From Nitrosopumilus sp. (GTDB lineage: Archaea; Thermoproteota; Nitrososphaeria; Nitrososphaerales; Nitrosopumilaceae), in the NCBI GenBank assembly GCA_965238275.1, contig OZ250186.1, positions 1,440,001-1,504,000 of the forward strand: a stretch of 64,000 nt of DNA, in the 5' to 3' direction. Positions 20,775 to 32,167 of this stretch are shown here, in pieces. Each line of letters starts with the position of its first letter. The stretch's first letter is position 1. Below the pieces are notes generated by a model. That model was not told the DNA's origin. It ran no database searches and was given only the letters and a program-made list of their open reading frames with translations. The translations under genes and the position numbers were made by a program.

Positions 20775-21803
20775 ATGAAGAGCGTGTCTGTCAAGGAACC
20801 GTCTGTGGTGTCTGTCGATGACGTCCAGGGATCCGTTCCCGGCCCAGGCGACATACTGGTTCGGATGCATGCGTGTGGAATATGCGGATCCGACCTGGAA
20901 AAGGTCTACGGACAGTACGGACAGCCGTCAATGCGGCTGGGCCACGAGCCTGCAGGCGTGATATCCAAAACAGGTTCCGGCGTCGAAGGGTTTGAGGTGG
21001 GGGACAGGGTGTTTACGCACCACCACGTGCCATGCTATGACTGCCACCTGTGCCGTCACGGAAGCGAGACGATGTGCCCCAGATACTACGAGACAAACCT
21101 CTCCCCGTGCGGCCTGTCAGAAGAGTATGTTGTGCCTGCATGGAACGTACTGCACGGGGGCGTACTGAAACTGTCTGACTCTACAAGCTTTGAGGAGGCT
21201 GCGATGATTGAGCCCCTTGCATGCTGCATCCGGGCCTGGAGAAAGTGCAGCCATCAGAAGGGCGACTCGATTGCAGTCTTTGGGGCAGGGCCGACCGGAA
21301 TGATGCACCTGCTGCTTGCCCGGGCAAAGGAGTTCTCAAGGATATTCTGTCTTGACGTGAATGACTTCCGGCTGGACTTTGCAAAAAAGTTTGGAGTCAC
21401 CGGGGCGATAAATGCTGCTGACAAAGACAGGCAGAAAATAATCATGGATAATACTGGTGGGGAGGGCGTGGATGTTGCAGTGGTTGCGACAAGCAGCCTT
21501 ACGGCCCTTGAGGACGCAATATGCGTGACAAGACGTGGCGGCACCGTCATGATGTTTGGCGTCCCGTCAAAGGGCGCCACGATAAACCTGGACATGGGCA
21601 GAATCTACTCCCGGGAGATTACGCTGGTTACAAGTTATGCAGCCTCGGACAGGGACACGGCAGAGGCGCTTGAGATGATCGAATCCTCACAGATTGATGT
21701 CGGGGGATTAATCACCCATACGTACGGGATTGCCGACTCACAGAAGGCGTTTGACCATGCCCGCAGCGGGGATCGTGCCATGAAGATAATCATTACCGGA
21801 TAA
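20775..21803 (+). CDS. Zinc-dependent alcohol/sugar dehydrogenase (MDR family)
   Basis: CGICGSD, GHE, CxxCxxC..C, GAGPTG. Confidence 0.9.
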   Translation: MKSVSVKEPSVVSVDDVQGSVPGPGDILVRMHACGICGSDLEKVYGQYGQPSMRLGHEPAGVISKTGSGVEGFEVGDRVFTHHHVPCYDCHLCRHGSETMCPRYYETNLSPCGLSEEYVVPAWNVLHGGVLKLSDSTSFEEAAMIEPLACCIRAWRKCSHQKGDSIAVFGAGPTGMMHLLLARAKEFSRIFCLDVNDFRLDFAKKFGVTGAINAADKDRQKIIMDNTGGEGVDVAVVATSSLTALEDAICVTRRGGTVMMFGVPSKGATINLDMGRIYSREITLVTSYAASDRDTAEALEMIESSQIDVGGLITHTYGIADSQKAFDHARSGDRAMKIIITG

Positions 21804-22154
21804 CATCCGAATTGGATGTCCGGTCATGGCATGAATTAAAAACAACATGATTTGATTGTGCCATTATTTCATGATTGTTTTAATCTCGTCGCTTGTCGAT
21901 CCGTTTAATTTTCTGGCCATATGATAAATGACGTTCACCGTTTTTCATATTCATTTTATAATGACGCGCAAGAATTCATGTATAGCATAGTATAGGCCAG
22001 AACAATCCGCTCACCTTTGGCTAAATTAACCATATAACCATGCACTTGTCAAACCTGACGTGGTTGAAACCACGGCCTGCACAGAAATCAGGCCACATGC
22101 AAACAAAGATCCGTATTATTTCACACGCAAGAATAAATTTTCACACTAATGTGG

Positions 22155-23273
22155 CTAATTTACCAGATAGCCCACAAGTCGGTTGCCCATCTCTTTTTCA
22201 AGGATTATCGTTATCGCCGCCTTTAGATCCTCTGGTGACTCAAAGTACCTGCCTGCCAGTCGTCTCTTGAGATCCCTCCAGACGTTTTCAATCTGGTTAA
22301 GCTGCGGCGTGCGGGGCGGGAGAAATTCCAGCTTTACGTCACCGCCGGTGCCGGCCACGTATTCTCTGACCTTGTGCGACTTGTGGTACGACGCGTTGTC
22401 CAGAACCATGTAGAATTTCGGGTGGTTCCTGCGGACATCCTCGAGGAACTCCTTGAACGTCTCAGAGTTTGCAGAATCTGCCATGCGGACGTAGAGGGTA
22501 TCTGTGCCCATGATGCCAAGCAGGCTGACGGCCTTTTTCGAGAACCCGGTCTGGATCTCGTCGCGTCCTCCCGTGGGCCTCCACCCGTAGCCCGGTTCCT
22601 GCGACATGCCGACTGCGGCCTCGTCTTCGACGAACACGGCGTACCCTTCATTGGCCAGATCCCTTGCCCTCTTGCCGGCCGCTGCCTTGAACTCTTCTTG
22701 CTCGCTTTTGGAGGCTGACTTGGGCGGAACCGGCCTTGCCTTTCGGTAGGAGAACCCGATCCTTTTGAGCATCCTTCGCAGCGTGCGCTCCTTGCAGTCC
22801 ATTCCAAACTTCCGCCGGATCATCTCCAGCACCAAGTTGAGCTGCCAGGAGCCGGACTCGAATCCGTACTTTTTTGGCTCGTTGTTCAGCCACGCTCGAA
22901 TTGTCTTGGAAAAAGACTTGGGCATCTTGCTTTTCCTGCCTCTGCGCATTCGGTTGAACCTGGCCCTCAATCCCCGCTCCTGCATCCGCACCAGCCAGTC
23001 GCGCACGGTGGAATACGGCATGACAAGCTTCCTGCAGATCTCCCTGATGCTGTGGCTCTGCTTTCTCATGATGCACGCAAGCATCCTGAGCTTGGCCAGA
23101 ACGTTCTTCTCTTTTGCGCACATCCGCACCAGCTTCTTTTCGCTCACGTTCGGCATGAACAGGGATCCGGCCTCGAGCCTCTTTTGTCCGGATGCCAGTC
23201 CGGTTGCGGGAACGGTCCTTGCGCGACGGCCGGGGTCGGCGACGCCTTGTTTTTCTTCGGCAACAGTCATCAT
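22155..23273 (-). mobile_element. IS630-family transposase, intact ORF; ends not resolved
   Basis: HTH plus winged HTH (GFSYRKARP), EDEA, VLDNASYH, LPPRTPQLNQIENVWRDLK. Confidence 0.9.
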
Positions 23274-23545
23274 AAGCGCATATGAACATACCTATGATCT
23301 GAATGTATGCCCCGAGGCATTCAGTCCAACCGGACACAGCACTGACGGGCAAATTATTTCATGAGGCTCGGTAGTTTTCGGAATTATTGACCGAGGGTGA
23401 TCGGATTGTTTTGGCCCCTACTAGGCATCATTAATTCAAAAATCTCATCAGCAGACACCATGCAGTGGCACTCAACATTTCTCATTTATTTTTTATTTAT
23501 TTGTATATTTCAAACATTGGCGCGATTTAACTCTGAATGGTTCTT

Positions 23546-24775
23546 TCACTTTTCAACCGATTTTGGCGGACTTTCCTTAAATGACCTTTTGACTAAAACG
23601 GGCGTAATTATGATCGTTGCCAAAATCACAAAAATGACCGTGGAGTAAATTTCTTCTGAAAGGATTTCAAACGCCAGCCCAATCCCGGCTACGATGAATG
23701 CCACTTCCCCCCTCGCCACCATGCCATACCCGATTCTGAACCCGCTCTTTCTGCTTTTCAGTAACAGGGATGCGGGAATGCCACATCCCAAAACCTTTGA
23801 GAATACTGCCACGCAAAGAATTACCCCGAACAAGACCCAGTTTATTGATGAGATTTGTGTTATGTCTACGTGGGTTCCGATTATGACAAAGAACAACGGC
23901 GCGACAATCACTTTGAGCTTGCCTATAAATTCGCGTATTTGGAGCACCATCTTTGATCCTGCCAGTCCCATTCCCGCTGCAAATGCCCCTACAATCGGAT
24001 TCAGGCCAAGGCCTGAGGCGATTGCGGCCAATCCGAATGCGGATCCCAGGGCAACCCCCTGCCTGATTCCTCTTCCCTCCAGTGTTGTCGGATGGGTCTG
24101 CCCCAATCCATGGACGATTTTTGGCAGAACATACACTGCGCCAAGCAGCATCAAAAACCAAAACCCTATCTGGACAATGGTTGTAATTGCTACCGACTCG
24201 ATTGTTGGAACTATTTCCAGCGTGACCAGCGAAATCACTGCCGAAAGAATTGCAAGACCTATGACGTCGTCTAGCACTGCGGCGTTTATCAAAATGTTTC
24301 CTTCTGTTGTTTTTTCCTTGCCCAATTCCTCCAGAATTATGACCGACACGGCTATGCTTGTGGCCCCGAATGTTGCCCCTATCAGTATCGCGGCAGTCCA
24401 ATCCAACCCCATCCAGACCATCACAAGATATATGGTTCCAAGTGGTACGATGACCCCGCACAGTCCGACTATTGCAGCCTTTGGACCCGCCTTGATGAGA
24501 TCACGGAATGTAAAATGCAGTCCTGCAGAAAATAAAATTATGATTCCGGAAATCTGCCATAACGCAAGCATTACCTCGTTTAGTTCCACTATGGGCTTTC
24601 CAAAAATTGGGACTATTCCTCCTATTGCGGATGGTCCCAGAGCAATTCCTGCAATCACGAATCCGATTATTTCTGGTATTTTAAAATGGGAGCAAACTCT
24701 TCCAAGCAGTAACGCGGGAATGACTAAAAATAAAACGCCTATGATTGTCGGAATTACGTCAAACTCGGTAACCAA
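23546..24775 (-). CDS. Cation:proton antiporter (CPA2/NapA-like)
   Basis: ATSIAV, AAVLDDVIGL, PLFF, MVARGEV; about 12 TMs. Confidence 0.9.
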   Translation of the reverse strand: MVTEFDVIPTIIGVLFLVIPALLLGRVCSHFKIPEIIGFVIAGIALGPSAIGGIVPIFGKPIVELNEVMLALWQISGIIILFSAGLHFTFRDLIKAGPKAAIVGLCGVIVPLGTIYLVMVWMGLDWTAAILIGATFGATSIAVSVIILEELGKEKTTEGNILINAAVLDDVIGLAILSAVISLVTLEIVPTIESVAITTIVQIGFWFLMLLGAVYVLPKIVHGLGQTHPTTLEGRGIRQGVALGSAFGLAAIASGLGLNPIVGAFAAGMGLAGSKMVLQIREFIGKLKVIVAPLFFVIIGTHVDITQISSINWVLFGVILCVAVFSKVLGCGIPASLLLKSRKSGFRIGYGMVARGEVAFIVAGIGLAFEILSEEIYSTVIFVILATIIITPVLVKRSFKESPPKSVEK

Positions 24776-24947
24776 TGAGGATACACCTCAAAGAAATTAA
24801 AAAAACCTTTAGATCGTTCAAAACAGGCATGCTGTATGAAAAGCGGTCCCTTCCCCGCTGAGGGGCAGGACTGCCGGGCGGCAGGACCGGCCTGACGCCG
24901 AATGAAAACAAGGGCGTGTGGCCAATGCCGGCGTGTTCCAGCAGGTG

Positions 24948-24980
24948 GCAGCAGCAGCAGCAGCAACAACAACAACAACA
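24948..24980. repeat. (CAG)n(CAA)n microsatellite
   Basis: GCAGCAGCAGCAGCAGCAACAACAACAACAACA. Confidence 0.85.
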
Positions 24981-25273
24981 TACGGGAATCCGGCAAGTAC
25001 GCCTGGTGGGGAAACCAAGCGAATCAAAGACAGGGCGGATACTTTCGGAAAAGGCCGAGAGATTCGCCAACGCATACGTCTCCCAAGCCACGGGGGCATC
25101 GCCGCAGCGGGTACGGTATCTGTGGTCTTGGCGCGGAACCAAGAACGCACCGGCGTAACCTGCCAGATGCGCGTGGGCAGGCCCGCAAGCGGTTCCTCCT
25201 TGCCGTCACCCTGATGTTCTTTAGATTCATCCTGTGAGAAAGAATTAAGAGAGGCGCCCCTGCTCCGTTAGAA

Positions 25274-26089
25274 ATGGACTGGGGACTGGAGAATCGGCTA
25301 TCATCCATCATAAGGCCGCCACACAACCGCGCCCTCATGCTGGCAGTGGATCACGGATACTTTCTTGGCCCCACCGAGAGGCTGGAGAACCCAAGGAAGG
25401 TAATCGCCCCGCTGCTCAAGTACTGCGACTCTTTGATGCTGACGCGAGGCGTTCAGCGGACATCGGTTCCGCCTGCCACCCGCACCCCCATGGTGCTCAG
25501 GGTATCTGGCGGCTCCAGCATAATAGGCGATGATCTGTCCCAGGAGGACATCACCGTATCCATCCAGGACGCCATCCGGCTCAATGCCAGCGCGCTTGCA
25601 ATGTCCATATTTGTGGGTTCAAAGTACGAGTATCAGACGATAGTAAACCTTGGAAAACTTGTGGGACAGGCACAGGAATATGGACTTCCCGTGCTTGCAG
25701 TTACGGCAGTGGGAAAAGAACTTGGAAAGGACGCCCGGTATCTCTCCCTTGCGTGCAGGATTGCAGCCGAGCAGGGCGCACACGTTGTCAAGACGTACTA
25801 TTGTGAAGACTTTGAAAAGGTAGTCAACTCGTGCCCGGTTCCAATCATAGTTGCAGGCGGAAAGAAGATTCCCGAACGCGACGCGTTGGAACTGACATAC
25901 AACTCTATCCAGGGCGGCGCAGTCGGGGTGGACATGGGCAGAAACATCTGGCAGTCAGATCACCCAGTCTCCATGATTCGTGCGGTAAGAAGCATCGTCC
26001 ACGGCAACTCCGATGTGGAACACGCCTACGAGCTGTACCAGAATCTGGTCACAGCAGAATCCGAAAAGGCAAAGGATTCCGGCAAATAG
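25274..26089 (+). CDS. lsrF: DhnA/LsrF-type class I aldolase/thiolase
   Basis: MDWGLENRL, AVDHGYFLGPT, GAHVVKTYY, IAGGKK-like, GVDMGRNIWQ. Confidence 0.8.
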   Translation: MDWGLENRLSSIIRPPHNRALMLAVDHGYFLGPTERLENPRKVIAPLLKYCDSLMLTRGVQRTSVPPATRTPMVLRVSGGSSIIGDDLSQEDITVSIQDAIRLNASALAMSIFVGSKYEYQTIVNLGKLVGQAQEYGLPVLAVTAVGKELGKDARYLSLACRIAAEQGAHVVKTYYCEDFEKVVNSCPVPIIVAGGKKIPERDALELTYNSIQGGAVGVDMGRNIWQSDHPVSMIRAVRSIVHGNSDVEHAYELYQNLVTAESEKAKDSGK

Positions 26090-26093
26090 ATTT

Positions 26094-26492
26094 CTATATC
26101 CTTGACAGGTGTATGTGTGCAATCTTCCACGTGGGCTGCCTCACCAGTACAAATGTGGCCCTGCCATTAATCACCACGTGCTCTCCCGTGTACGCCTTGT
26201 TGTCAACCAGCATCCCTTTCTGGACCAACTCAATTGCAACCACTGCAGCGTCCCCGAATATGCTGATCTTGGGTTTTTTGATCTCGTACTGGTAGTCTGA
26301 TATGCTCACAAACCTCAGCTCCTCAAGCTCTATGGTGGTCTGGTAGTCCTTGAGGTCGTACGGCGGCAGGTCGCTAAAGCTTGAAAACCTGGAATCATCA
26401 AGATGAATTTCCCTGAGCGGGGTGACGTCCTTTGTGATTCCAGCCTGAAACAGGGTCTCAATAACGTTGATGATATCCTCACTATCTGACAA
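26094..26492 (-). CDS. NTF2/SnoaL-like protein
   Basis: KISIFGDAAVV, GRATFVLVR..WKIAHIHLS; TTG 26492 start chosen. Confidence 0.75.
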   Translation of the reverse strand: MSDSEDIINVIETLFQAGITKDVTPLREIHLDDSRFSSFSDLPPYDLKDYQTTIELEELRFVSISDYQYEIKKPKISIFGDAAVVAIELVQKGMLVDNKAYTGEHVVINGRATFVLVRQPTWKIAHIHLSRI

Positions 26493-26714
26493 AACAGCCA
26501 ACTGTACTGATGCGGGCAACCAGTTAAGTCTTCTGCGGTGTGTCATCTCTGGTCTGGCCTCATCTCATCCAAGGAAAAACGGGATCAAACCATCATGATC
26601 AGTTAATCTTATAAACAATTATACAATTTGATATGTCATGACAGTTCCAGTACTACTTGACGTTCTTCTGCTGGATCTGCTGAACTGATTCCTCAGTCCT
26701 AACACATTAAAATT

Positions 26715-28427
26715 ATGGCGATTGGTTTGATGAATAAAATGGAAAAAATGATTGGTGCAAAGGCCCTGATGGTGGCAATGGAGCGCGAGGGAGTCAAGCA
26801 AGTCTTTGGACTCCCGGGCGGCGCAAACCTTCCAATGTATGACGAGTTTGCCCGATGCGACATAAGGCACATTCTGGTAAGACACGAGCAGTCTGCAGCC
26901 CACATGGCCGACGGCTTTGGGCGTGTCAGCAGAAAGCCCGGCGTGTGCTTTGCAACATCAGGCCCCGGGGCGACAAACATACTGACTGGCATCGCAACGG
27001 CACAGGCCGATTCTGCCCCGATGGTGGCAGTTACAGGGCAGGTGCCTGTGGCCATGATAGGAAGGGACGCATTCCAGGAGAGTGACATCATTGGCATGGC
27101 AAATCCCGTAATCAAGTACGCCTTCCAGCCAAGAACCGCAGCCGAGATTCCGGATGCCGTGGCAAAGGGCTTCTTTATTGCAGAGACGGGACGGCCCGGA
27201 CCCGTCCTGATTGACATTCCAAAGGACGTCCAGCAAGGCGAGGCCGAGATGGTGTTTCCAAACGAGTTTGGAATCCAGGGGTATCACCCGTGGACTGATC
27301 CTGACATCGTAAACGTGGAAAAGGCAATCGATGTAATACTCCACTCCGAAAAACCGGTAATCCTTGCCGGGGGAGGGACGGTCATATCGTCTGCATTTGC
27401 CGAACTGCAGGCAGTGGCAGAGGCCCTCATGCTGCCCGTGGTGACCACGTTCAAGGGCAAGGGCGCGTTTCCTGAAAACCACCCCCTCTCGCTGGGCCCG
27501 ATAGGAATGCACGGACATGCAGAGGCGAACCGAATAATGACCGAGGCTGACTGCGTGCTGGCGGTGGGAACCCGGTTCTCTGACCGCTCCGTTGGAACCT
27601 TTGCGGCCTTTGAGAAGCGGCTCAAGATTATCCACATCGACGTTGACCCCTCAGAGATCGGCAAGAACCAGACCGCCCATGTGGCCGTGGTGGGAGACGT
27701 TCGGGCCTCGCTTAGAATCATGGTAAAACTGCTGCTCCAAAGGGCAATCAGACAGACCGAGGAGTCCCCGTGGATAAAACATGTCAAGGAGACAAAGGCC
27801 TACTGGAAGGAGAACCTCAAGATTCATCCAGGCGAGATGGGGGCAGCCAAGATTCTGCGCAAGCTGCGCCAGCTCCTGCCGCCTGAGTCCATAATTACCA
27901 CCGAGGTGGGCCAGCACCAGATGTGGGCATCGCTGTTCTATGACGTGATCCAGCCTGGAACATTCTTCAGTTCCACCGGCCTTGGCACCATGGGCTGGGG
28001 ATTCCCTGCCGCAATCGGTGCCAAGGTGGCAAGGCCGGATGTCCCGGTGGTGGACATTGCAGGGGACGGAAGCTTTAGCATGACTGAAAACTCCCTTGCG
28101 ACTGCAGTCCTTGAGGACATTCCGGTGATAGTATTCATAATGAACAACTTTACGCTGGGGATGGTGGCCCAGTGGCAGAGGACGTTTTACAACCGGAGGA
28201 TGATAGGGGTGGACCAGGGCCGGTGCCCGGACTATGTCAAGCTTGCCGAATCCTACGGGGCCCAGGGAATCCGGGCACAGTCCATGGACGAACTGGACCG
28301 AGCAGTCCGAACCGCGCTGGGCAGCGACGTTGCAACCGTAATAGACATTCCAATTGATCCCGAAGAAGACGTCTTGCCGTTTGTGGCCCCGGGAACCCCG
28401 CTTACGGAGATGATACTCCCGTCATAG
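26715..28427 (+). CDS. ilvB: Acetolactate synthase large subunit
   Basis: RHEQSAAHMADG, TSGPGATN, GDGSF..NN ThDP motif. Confidence 0.95.
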   Translation: MAIGLMNKMEKMIGAKALMVAMEREGVKQVFGLPGGANLPMYDEFARCDIRHILVRHEQSAAHMADGFGRVSRKPGVCFATSGPGATNILTGIATAQADSAPMVAVTGQVPVAMIGRDAFQESDIIGMANPVIKYAFQPRTAAEIPDAVAKGFFIAETGRPGPVLIDIPKDVQQGEAEMVFPNEFGIQGYHPWTDPDIVNVEKAIDVILHSEKPVILAGGGTVISSAFAELQAVAEALMLPVVTTFKGKGAFPENHPLSLGPIGMHGHAEANRIMTEADCVLAVGTRFSDRSVGTFAAFEKRLKIIHIDVDPSEIGKNQTAHVAVVGDVRASLRIMVKLLLQRAIRQTEESPWIKHVKETKAYWKENLKIHPGEMGAAKILRKLRQLLPPESIITTEVGQHQMWASLFYDVIQPGTFFSSTGLGTMGWGFPAAIGAKVARPDVPVVDIAGDGSFSMTENSLATAVLEDIPVIVFIMNNFTLGMVAQWQRTFYNRRMIGVDQGRCPDYVKLAESYGAQGIRAQSMDELDRAVRTALGSDVATVIDIPIDPEEDVLPFVAPGTPLTEMILPS

Positions 28428-28436
28428 TGATTGATC

Positions 28437-28919
28437 ATGTGGGCAATTCTATCGATACTAGTTGAAAACAAGCCGGGAATCCTCTTCAAGGTGACCCACC
28501 TGTTCCGTTCCAGAAACTTCAACATCGACAGCATCTCTGTCGGGGTTACTGAGAATCCGGACTACTCCAGGATGACTATCACCACGGACGGTGATGCGCG
28601 CCGGATAGACCAGATAGTAAAGCAGCTTGACAAGATGATCGACACCGTAAAGGTGGTTCATCTCGACGAGCACAAGATCGTATACCGGGAGCTGTGCATC
28701 TTTAGGATAAAGCTTGCCAGTGCCGGCCAGAGCATGGAGGTAAACAAGATTGCAAACGCCTACGGCGGCAGGGTGCACGATGCAAGGGAGGACTCGATCA
28801 TGGTGGAACTTACCGCCACGCCCGCACAGATTCGTGCCTTTGAGGAGCTTGTAAAGCCCTTTGGCATAGCCGGCATTGCAAGGACCGGCGTTGCTGCCCT
28901 GGAGCGAAGCGGGGTATGA
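28437..28919 (+). CDS. ilvH: Acetolactate synthase small subunit
   Basis: LVENKPGIL..FNIDSISVG ACT domain, ARTG. Confidence 0.92.
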   Translation: MWAILSILVENKPGILFKVTHLFRSRNFNIDSISVGVTENPDYSRMTITTDGDARRIDQIVKQLDKMIDTVKVVHLDEHKIVYRELCIFRIKLASAGQSMEVNKIANAYGGRVHDAREDSIMVELTATPAQIRAFEELVKPFGIAGIARTGVAALERSGV

Positions 28920-30427
28920 GGGTCAGAATATTTGACACCACGCTGCGGGACGGGGAGCAGACACCCGGAATATCACTGACGCCAGAAAACAAGCTCGCCA
29001 TTGCAAGAAGGCTTGACGAACTGGGAGTGGATGCAATCGAGGCGGGTTTTCCGGTAATATCCGAAGGCGAGATGGCCGGGGTTCAACTGATTACGGGCGC
29101 CGGGCTGTCCTGTGAGATTGCAGGACTTGCGCGGACCCGCAGGGAGGACATTGATGCTGCAGTGGACGGCGGCCTGGAGTACATCCATGCCTTCATTGCG
29201 ACATCTGACATCCACCTCAAGTACAAGCTCAAGATGACTCGGGAGCAGGTCCTTGAAAAGGCAGTCGATGCAGTGGAGTATGGAAAGTCGCGCGGCCTTC
29301 AAGTGGAGTTTTCAGCAGAGGACGCCACAAGGACTGACAGGGAGTTTCTCAAAAAGGTGTTTGGCGATGTTGCAGGGGCGGGTGCTGACAGGATTGACAT
29401 TCCGGACACCGTGGGGTACTCTACGCCAGAATACATGGCCGCAATTACCCGGGATGCGATAGATGCCACCGGCCTTCCGGTAAGCGTCCACTGCCACAAT
29501 GATTTTGGGCTGGCAGTGGCAAACGCGCTGTCCGGGATTCGCGCAGGGGCCTCGTGCGCGCATGTCACCATAAACGGAATCGGCGAGCGTGCGGGGAATG
29601 CGTCCCTGGAGGAGTTCTCCATGGCGCTGCAGTGCCTGCCGTTTGATCAAAAGTACGAGACCGGCATAAAGTCCGAACTGATCTATGATACGTCACGGTA
29701 CGTCTCGAGGCTTGTGGGGATCCAGGTGCAGCCAAACAAGGCAATTGTGGGCGACAACGCCTTTGGGCACGAGTCCGGCATCCACACCCATGGAATACTC
29801 AACAACCCGCTGACATATGAGCCGATCAGCCCCGAACTGGTAGGACGGAAGCGATGGCTCCAGGTGGGAAAGCATGCAGGCATTCACGGGATGAATGCAA
29901 TACTTGAAGAATACGGGCTCAAACCGACTGGCAAGCAGTCACAGCAGATTCTGGAGAGGGTCAAGACGCTTGGCGACCAGGGAAAACAGGTCACAGACGT
30001 CGAGCTGCTCTCGATTGCAGGCGAGATTCTGGAAGGGGAAGGAATCAGGAGGATCGTGCAGCTGGCAGGATTCTCAGTATCCACGGGAATAGGCGCAATG
30101 CCGTACGCGTTTGTAAAACTCAACATCGACGGCAAGGAGTTTGTCAGTACCGACCACGGCGTGGGGCCGGTGGATGCTGCCCTCAAGGCGATCCAAAAGA
30201 TTACCGGAAAGGTATCTGAGATTAAAATCAAAAACTACAACCTGGCATCGATCTCCGGCGGCTCCTCTGCACTCTGCGAGGTAACCATAACAGTAGAGGA
30301 CGTGCACGGGAACACGGTCTCCTCAAAGTCCGTCGGCGAGGACATCGTCACTACCAGCGTGCAGGCAGTAGTTGACGGCATTAACCGCATCATGCTCAAA
30401 AAGATGATGATGCAGGAAAAAGACTAA
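28916..30427 (+). CDS. leuA: 2-isopropylmalate synthase (LeuA/CimA family)
   Basis: DTTLRDGEQ, HCHNDFG, GIGERAGN, HESGIH, C-terminal allosteric domain. Confidence 0.88.
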   Translation: MRVRIFDTTLRDGEQTPGISLTPENKLAIARRLDELGVDAIEAGFPVISEGEMAGVQLITGAGLSCEIAGLARTRREDIDAAVDGGLEYIHAFIATSDIHLKYKLKMTREQVLEKAVDAVEYGKSRGLQVEFSAEDATRTDREFLKKVFGDVAGAGADRIDIPDTVGYSTPEYMAAITRDAIDATGLPVSVHCHNDFGLAVANALSGIRAGASCAHVTINGIGERAGNASLEEFSMALQCLPFDQKYETGIKSELIYDTSRYVSRLVGIQVQPNKAIVGDNAFGHESGIHTHGILNNPLTYEPISPELVGRKRWLQVGKHAGIHGMNAILEEYGLKPTGKQSQQILERVKTLGDQGKQVTDVELLSIAGEILEGEGIRRIVQLAGFSVSTGIGAMPYAFVKLNIDGKEFVSTDHGVGPVDAALKAIQKITGKVSEIKIKNYNLASISGGSSALCEVTITVEDVHGNTVSSKSVGEDIVTTSVQAVVDGINRIMLKKMMMQEKD

Positions 30428-30459
30428 ATCCTAAAATCCCCCCGTTCCGGTGTGATACC

Positions 30460-31479
30460 ATGTATAGCCTCTCGCTGATTACAGGTGACGGTGTGGGCCC
30501 GGAGCTCTCCGAGTCCGCAGTGTCGGTGCTTGATGCGATTAGCAACAACGACGGGACGGGCCCAAAGTTTGAGATTACACCACTGCCTGCAGGCGATGGC
30601 GCGCTTGCCGATACCGGCAGGGCGCTTCCAGATGACACCGTATCCCACATAAAAAAATCCGACGCCTGCCTAAAGGCGCCCGTGGGGGAGAGTGCCGCAG
30701 ACGTGATAGTGGTGCTGAGGAGGATGCTTGACCTTTACGCCAACATCAGGCCCGCAAAGTCATACCCGGGCATGCCTGCACTGCGCGACGACATAGACAT
30801 GGTGATAGTCCGGGAGAACACCGAGGATCTCTACACCGGAAAGGAGTTTGATTTGGGGGGGTCTGCTGTGGCATTGAGAATAATATCCGAGAAGGCGTCT
30901 AAAAGGATTGCAAGGCATGCATTTGAGACTGCCAGGCAACGGAATGGCAAAAAAAAGGTGACATGCGTCCACAAGTCAAACGTGATGAGGGTCACTGACG
31001 GGCTGTTTGCAGGCGCGTGTGCCGATGTCTCCAAGGACTACCCTGACGTCTCCTTTGAGGAGATGTACGTTGATGCGTGCGCCATGAACCTGATCCGCCA
31101 ACCCCAGGAGTTTGACGTGATAGTCACCACGAATCTGTTCGGGGACATCCTGTCTGACGAGTCATCGCAGGTGGTGGGGGGGCTGGGAATGGCCCCTGCT
31201 GCCAACATAGGCGACTCCTTTGCGCTCTTTGAGCCGGTCCACGGGGCCGCATTTGACATTGCAGGCAGGAACATAGTGAATCCGTCCTCGTTTTTGCTCT
31301 CAATTAGGATGATGCTGGACTGGCTCGGCTCAAGGCACAGCGATCCGGCATGCATCAGTGCCGGCGCAAAACTGGAATCTGCAATATTTGACCTTGTAAA
31401 GTCGGGTGCGGCGACTAGGGACATCGGGGGGGACATGACCACCTCGGAATTTACAGAACAGGTTGTAAAATCCCTCTGA
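30460..31479 (+). CDS. leuB: 3-isopropylmalate/isocitrate dehydrogenase family
   Basis: GDGVGPE, RENTEDLY, NLFGDILSD, EPVHG; follows leuA. Confidence 0.85.
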   Translation: MYSLSLITGDGVGPELSESAVSVLDAISNNDGTGPKFEITPLPAGDGALADTGRALPDDTVSHIKKSDACLKAPVGESAADVIVVLRRMLDLYANIRPAKSYPGMPALRDDIDMVIVRENTEDLYTGKEFDLGGSAVALRIISEKASKRIARHAFETARQRNGKKKVTCVHKSNVMRVTDGLFAGACADVSKDYPDVSFEEMYVDACAMNLIRQPQEFDVIVTTNLFGDILSDESSQVVGGLGMAPAANIGDSFALFEPVHGAAFDIAGRNIVNPSSFLLSIRMMLDWLGSRHSDPACISAGAKLESAIFDLVKSGAATRDIGGDMTTSEFTEQVVKSL

Positions 31480-31785
31480 CGCTGTGTGTGTATGTATGGG
31501 CCAGCTCCGTGCATTTCGGGTATAGTCGTACCGTGAAGGTTCATGCCGGATCCGATCGTGAATGCGGTATCTGGCACTGCCATGTGCCCATGATTGCATC
31601 CCTGCATGATCCTGTCTGGGCCATGACTCCGCCGGTTCCGGCTCCGCTTTGTGGCCCAACTTGGTTTGCGGCCCTGCCATTTGACGCGGTTACATCACCA
31701 ATGTCCGTGTCCTAGGGCTGCGCTGCTGATTGGGACGCGCCTCTGGGTTCTGTTAACTTAGCGTTTGGTAATTCTTCGTGTTAAC

Positions 31786-31903
31786 GGCTCTGTTCAAATA
31801 TGGTGATCTCGTTTTAGAACAGTTAATTCTGCAAGCTCTCGATAAGATCAACAAATCTCACTTTTGAACGGCAAATCCCACAGCTCACCATATTTGAAGA
31901 GCC
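31786..31903 (+). mobile_element. MITE copy 1 (about 118 bp)
   Basis: GGCTCTGTTCAAATATGGTGA...TCACCATATTTGAAGAGCC ends; near-identical inverted copy at 34646. Confidence 0.8.
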
Positions 31904-32167
31904 CTCATGGAATGCTCTGCTTACCAGCAATGTAATTCGCTGAGAACAGTCAAATTTTTATGATCATATTTGGTGTAAGAAATATGTGGGGTTTCTGGAA
32001 CAAGTTTTAACGATACGAACTGAATCGGGAAACTATCAATGAAAATTTATATAATAGACATAATCCGTAATAGGCAGTTTTGGGTCATTTCGTGCCTAGC
32101 ATCTATTCCCACTTTGTGCCTAACGACTAATTACGGATTACGTCTAATGTGTCTGATACATGATGGT

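Noticed and set aside
21810-23540. Degraded universal-stress-protein gene split by IS630, and IS630 terminal repeats
   Set aside because: Only faint fragments (VPLHG, GSTSD) and no convincing IR pair found
23694-24800. Long antisense ORFs (also 15358-16431, 52561-53397, 46744-47604)
   Set aside because: Shadows of well-supported genes on the opposite strand, without motifs
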